From positions 121,832,001 to 121,896,000 of the forward strand of contig CM059431.1 of assembly GCA_030390025.1 (NCBI GenBank): a DNA stretch of 64,000 bases, read 5' to 3'. The notes beneath the pieces are model-generated. The model was not told where the DNA came from. It ran no database searches and saw only the letters and a list, made by a program, of their open reading frames with translations. Origin of the DNA: Squalus acanthias. Taxonomy: Eukaryota. Each line of letters opens with the position of its first letter. Position 1 is the stretch's first letter. Position numbers and translations under genes: made by a program. Positions 58,030-64,000 of this stretch are shown here, piece after piece.

Positions 58030-58345
58030 CTTCGACCTCAACTCCACTTTCCTGCCCGATCCCCATATCCCTTGATTCACCTAGAGTCCAAAATTCTATC
58101 TACCTCAACCTTGAATATACTCAACAACTGAGCACCCACAGCCCTTTGGGGCAGAGAATTCCAAAGATTCACAACCCTCTGAGTGAAGAAATTCCTCCTC
58201 GTCTCAGTCTTAAAAGGCTGACCCCTTATCCTGAGACTATGCCCCCTAGTTCTAGACTCTCCAGCGAGGGGAAACAACCTCTCAGCACCTATCCTGTCAA
58301 TCCCCCGCAGAATCTTATATATTTCAATGAGATCACCTTTCATTG
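58030..58345 (-). mobile_element. CR1 3' fragment
   Basis: KGDLIEIYKIL...RNFFTQRVVNLWNSLP. Confidence 0.8.
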
Positions 58346-58929
58346 TTGGTTACACCTACACCCGCAGCGTGGTAAACCTATATGCGACAAACCTATACTG
58401 CACCACATAAATTGTCATTGCCTTCTTCTATAATATATTGTGCAAAGGAACTGACTTGTGATTCGCTGCATTTTAATAAGAAATGCCATGCAATGTAAGC
58501 ATCATCATGCCTCTTCTGTGCACTTGCCATACACATATGCATTTCAGCAGAGACTTGAACTTGACTACAATTAGAAGTACATCTAGCTGCACTATCGCTC
58601 TGCTGCTCAAAGGAAAAAAAAGACACTTGAACTATAAAGGGCTACATTGTGAATCAAGTGCTCGCACAGTAAGATGAATTACATTTCGGTGTGCTAGTAC
58701 TTATTTTACAAGGCAGATCCTTATAAATTATTTGAGTAGCATAGCCAAATTTGGTAGCATCTTTGGGCACTTCTGATTGTCTGGAATCGCATTTACCAGC
58801 TTCAGCTATGTACATCACAGATTGGAATTATTATTTCCTGCACTTACTCACTGGGAACAGAATGGGTGCAGTGCCAATTCTGGCCTATGTCATAATGGAA
58901 GAGCAGATGGCAGTGGGCTGCAGAAAGGC

Positions 58930-60596
58930 AATGTTAAGGGTCCATCATCGCAGAACAGACCCGACACCAAGCGGCGGGGGAGGCAATTTACATCATTAGC
59001 TGGATTGTTAAGAGGCAATTAAATAGTATTTTAAGCTCACCTTTAGATTTTTAGAGTTCGCCAACGGCTTCCCTGCTGCTCGGGGATCACTTCAGGTAAG
59101 GAGGTCGGGTGTTGTGTCAGCATAGGATGATTTCTAAATCTGACAGCTGCAAATGGTCTACAAAAGCTCCCATTTCATAGGTCTTCACTTTCCAAGGTTA
59201 GAAGCTGTTGCTTCCTGCATTTGGAAGACAATTTGAGCTTTATGCAGGCTGCAAGTGTTGGGAGCAAACTCTCTATCCAGTGTCACCTCATTGCAACAGC
59301 CTTTCTCATCATTGACAGATCGCTTCTGTCATCCCAAGATTACCTGCCATCTATTCCATCAGCATCGGTGCCCTTGAAAAAATCTCACCTTGGTCCTCAG
59401 AATCCCACCATGATCAGCCCCAACACCAGCAGCACCAGGCACACCAGCAGCACCAACAACAACACAAAACTTCTCCGCAATCAGCTGGTGCTGCGCAGGA
59501 CACAGGGCATCAGCACCCAACCACATTGCTGCCCGGGAGACCAGGGATGGCTTCACCATGGCCACATTTACTTCACTTGAAGCTGCACACCCTGGCTGCC
59601 ACATGATGCGCCAGGTTGGCACCACCCCACACCAACACCATAAAGCATCCCTGCAATGCCCAAGCCATTTCTTTCACACTCACCACCATTGCAGGGGTTG
59701 CCGTTATGCCTCACCATTCACTGCAACTCACGAAGCCACTTCCAAAGGTGCACACAAATCTGTCCAAGAATGCAAAGTGTTGAAAATAAAGATTTCAATG
59801 TTTGAGAGCACATTAACAGAAACTTCACAGGAACATTGACTAAAACACCCAAATGCCCACCCTTGTGTGTTGTTAGTTGGTATGATTGGACTAGGATGAG
59901 GGTGAGTGTGAGGGGTGGCTAGTGAGATGGGGATGTGATAATGTAGATAGAGAGGGATGGGTGGAGGCGCAAGGTAAGTTGGTGTGAGTAAGGATGTGCA
60001 GGAGTAGGGTAGGAAAGGCAGAGTGATGGGGATGTGATGGGTGGCACAGCGGGATGAGGTTGAGTCTGACTTTGCAGTAACGTTTCGTGATCGACTGAGA
60101 TCATTGAAAAGTTTGCGCCACTGCAGCCTGGTCCTCCTGACAACACCCCTGCTTGTGTCCTCCTGTGTAATGTGGAACCAAGCTGCATTGAACTCCTGGG
60201 GAGGTCTCTTCTGCCCATGAGAAGGGAAGAGAACCTCCCTGCGTGCTGTGATTCCCTCCATAAGCATATGGAGGGAGTCATGGGAGAGCCTGGGTGCAGC
60301 CCTGCACCTCTGTGCAGTGCTTGTCAGTGTTTGCAGCAACTCAATGCTTTAGAACACTGACAGCACAAATGTCAAAATGAATTTGCGCATGGTCTCTTTA
60401 AGAAATCGGCTGATGACGCATCATCAAGTGACTTCATCAGACCCGCTTCCTTCAAATGGCCGGCAAACGCACTGGGCTGGCTTAACAAGCCCAATCAGTG
60501 TAAAATTGACAGAGCGGGCTGGAGCTAGCAGCGGGGTCGCACCCCGACACTGACCCCAGCCACACCGGACCCACCTCAGTAGGCGAGATCGCGGCC
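58930..60596. mobile_element. Non-autonomous Harbinger derivative; left end approximate
   Basis: Collinear with 1-2147 and with both ends of 38330-42347. Myb exon 1 remnant on the minus strand (ORF 59728-60339). Confidence 0.7.
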
Positions 60597-60789
60597 AGAG
60601 TCTCTATGAACTACAGCAAACAGAACACATGAGCAAAACTACAGTAATCTCCCAATAAAAGCAGGATTATATCTCCAGCAAAATGCAGTGAGTAGAGGAT
60701 ATTTAGATAATACAAATTATGTGCGTAAAATCAATCCCAGTCCATTACAGCAGCGAAGTCTCCAGGTGTGATCCATGGGGGATTTACCT

Positions 60790-61730
60790 GATCCCCTCCA
60801 TTCTGGAGTCACTATATGCAACCAAACCCTACAGCTGACATCAATGATAGCAACTGAACTATCGGTGAAAATCAGGGTAAGCACTGCTCTCAATTTCTAT
60901 GCCACCAGTCATGTCCAGGCACCTACCATTGACTTTTTAAAATTTGTTCCTGGGATGTGGGCATTGCTGGCAAAGCCAGCATTTATTGCCCATCCCTAAT
61001 TGCTCTTGAGAAGGTGGTGGTGAGCCGCCTTCTTGAACCGCTGCAGTCTGTGTGGTGAAGGTACTCCAACAGTGCTGTTAGGTAGGGAGATCCAGGATTT
61101 TGACCCAGCGGCGATGAAGGAAAGGCAATATATTTCCAAGTCAGGATGGTGTGTAATTTGGAGGGGAACTTGCAGAGGATGGTGTTCCCAGGCGCCTGCT
61201 GCCCTTGTCATTCTAGGTGGTAGAGGTTGCGGGTTTTGAAGGTGCTTTCGAAGAAGCCTTGGCGAGTTGCTGCAGTGCATCTTGTAGATGGTACACACTG
61301 CAGCCACAGTGCGCCGGTGGAGGAAGCGAATGTTTAAGGTGGTGGATGGGGTGCCAATCAAGCGGACTGCTTTGTAATGGATGGTGTCGAGCTTCTTGAG
61401 TGTTGTTGGAGCTGCGCTTGATAACAATCAGCCGCTATGCAGCAAATTACTGTATCTGTGATGTGATTGAAGCTCTCTACTGGAAGGCACAAGAGTTCAT
61501 TGAGCTCTGCATGTCCCTCAGCGACAGGAGTAGAGACATCTTGGTTTCTACCAACTCAGCTACTTCCCAAAGTGCAGGGCATTATCAACTTCCATTTGCA
61601 TATCTACTCATAATTCAGGGTGGTATATAAATAGGAAAGGCTTCAATTCCCAGACCATGTTGATAGTTAGTGACCAGCAGCTGAAAATGAAACTACCTAG
61701 CAAATAGTCATAATTCTTTCATTTTGGAAC
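60790..61730 (+). pseudogene. Highly decayed Harbinger transposase split by a LINE
   Basis: LSVKIRVSTALNFYATSHVQ lies before the LINE and ISRYAANYCICDVIEALY after it. Confidence 0.6.
60935..61412 (-). mobile_element. LINE 3' fragment (L2/Crack-group-like)
   Basis: LKKLDTIHYKAVRLIG...HRRTVAAVCTIYKMH RT C-terminal motif. Same 3' end as 13810-14010. Confidence 0.7.
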
Positions 61731-64000
61731 TATTCCAGTATGACTGAATTATTTGAAGAGTAAGGCTGATCAGCCAACTAGAGATTTTGAATGTTGTGAG
61801 TAACCATTGCATATGTATTCAAATATCTTCAGTACATTCAGAAGTACTGGTGAGTAAGTAGCTAGATAATTGCTTGAGAACTGTGAAAATGAGCATCAGT
61901 GAAGAAAAGTGCTAAGTAGTTAATTTCTGCCAGGAGAGATTAGCAAATTTTTGAGACACAAATCAAAACCCAGACGTATCCATCAGTTTGAAGGATAGGT
62001 AATGTGCACAAACAGGAACAGGTAAATTTTGATACTTACTTCTAAAGCTGGAAAAAATGACTTGTTGTGTGTCTTATAAAATGTTTAAAAATCTAGCATA
62101 AATACAAAGCAATCTAAATGAGGCATATCTTGAACATTCGAGAAGAAATAAGAAAATGTCCAATTCATAGCACTTTAGATTTCAGCACTGTTTGTCGTCT
62201 CAGCACTGTTATTAGGGTGAGTGGGATTAATGAAAAACCTTTCTGTATGTTTTTACCTGAATTATTTAAAGTATCAATATTGTAACTGTAAAGTTGTGAG
62301 GAAATGTTTTTTCTTTCTGTTGATAAGCTTATGACATGATGGTACATCCCAAAATTCTGCTTTCTAAAACTCATCAACTGGCTCGATGGTGACACTGCTA
62401 TGACATGCAATTCAGCTCAGTGCTTTTCCTCCCCTTGTCAGTGATTCCCTTCCTTAAATAGATACATTGCAGTATAATCACTGATGAAAAATAATGATTT
62501 GATTAATATTTCAGTATTATACAGCCCTTTGCTTAGTGATGCTCAGAATAGCAGGTTGGTAGTGGCAGGCGAACTTCTATTTTAAGTGAGAACTTTACAT
62601 TATTTGGATGTGCCAGTTGCTGGTGATGTTTACTCGGCAAATAAGACATACAACAGATATTTTTATAGCACGAATTATGAGGAATAACATATATTAGGCA
62701 TAACTTGTCTTTTGTTCATTTTAGTGGAAACATCCCACTATAGTCCTGCAAAGATTAGCTTGTAGTAAAAAAAAATCATACACAGTCCACTAAGAGCAGT
62801 ATTGCACAACAATTGTCTGTGATGCTGTTATTCAAAGAACAATTCAAGGAAAAAAATGAAAGAAAATCTCAACGGCAGAAGGCCTTGGGATATTTTAATT
62901 AATCTTCTCTGCTGCTATACAGTTACTGGTTGTGATACAGCACAGAAAAAGATGCAAATTTAATTTGAACTGATAGGAATTCTAAATTAATTTCTGATTT
63001 AAGTTTTACTTTTTATTAAATGGATAAATAAGGTCAGTTCATTTGTTATGATGCAAGATATTTTGGTTATGTGTTGAAGGGAAATGAGCCAGCTGCACTT
63101 GCACAAGTAGTAGAGACAGCGAGGGGAGCTATAATCCTAGGAATGGCTGCTTTTGTGCATCCAGCTATGTTACATTCAGTTATAAAACTCCACGTTAACA
63201 TGAAATTATAAATGACATGCCAAATGATACAGAATAAAAATAGGGTAGATGCACAAAACAATTTACCAAAAACTGTTTACTTGCGAGTCAAAATAGTTCT
63301 AGCAATCACATTTGCTTAAAATGCCTTTTTCTTAATCTACTAGTGTGAAAATTAATGTTTTAGTGCTAGTATTGTGCTTACCATTTGTACCTGTTGGCAG
63401 AAGCATTTGAGATATTTATTTCTGAAATAAACTAAAATTTGTCAGTAAAACCATTTGGTATTAAAAAGTAGCTGTAGCTCACTAGACCATAAACTATACA
63501 TTATTACAAATGAAATTAATATTTTGAAGTCATTTTTCTCTTATAACAAAAGAGGTTTACAAGATTATCAGATAAAGATTATTATTTGTATCTTGATGTA
63601 CACCAATGAACAAATTGCTTTCATCTTAAATCTCCCAGGTAGTGTTTAACTGGCTACCTCAGGGATAATTGGTTGTCATTGATTGCCACAGGATATGACT
63701 GCCTGCTTTTCTGCTGCACTGAATTAAAATTTCACAGGCGTATTTAATCACTGTTAATATCTTTAAGCAGTAATGAATATTTGGGTGAACAACCATGCCA
63801 CATTAGAAAATCTGATTATTGAATGATGAGACTAAAGGTTGTGTCTGTCAATCTTTAGCCCATTCTTAATGTCGTAAGACAGTTTTACACATGAATTCTA
63901 CTATTGATGTTTAATCACACTTTAAAGATTTTAGGCCTTCGTTTCCCCTTTGGCAATCACTGGCGGTGCATATGCAGAAGGAATTTGTAATGTGGGCAAG

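Noticed and set aside
61750..64000. AT-rich unique sequence with small ORFs (62165-62410, 63067-63261)
   Set aside because: No recognisable domains or convincing splice pairs; probably intronic or intergenic.

Overview
Repeat-dense vertebrate non-coding DNA; the repeat families suggest a cartilaginous fish, which is an inference. No host gene could be identified. The centrepiece is a complete, apparently very young 12.76-kb endogenous retrovirus (24615-37374, +). It has 1666-bp near-identical LTRs, a 4-bp CATT target-site duplication (TSD) and open gag, pol and env frames. Gag and pol are separated only by an in-frame UGA-CUAG readthrough-type stop. Pol carries a degenerate tether RNase H plus an intact RNase H. 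Env appears to combine an N-terminal immunoglobulin-like domain with a paramyxo/pneumovirus-F-like class I fusogen, which best fits a lokiretrovirus-like lineage. Around it are nested CR1 LINEs (one near full-length with intact ORF2), three decayed two-gene PIF/Harbinger transposons, many Harbinger MITEs, L2-group LINE tails and a putative solo LTR. There are also three Penelope-like insertions with minimal hammerhead ribozyme cores, two of which form long near-perfect hairpins. All calls were made by eye; no database searches were run.
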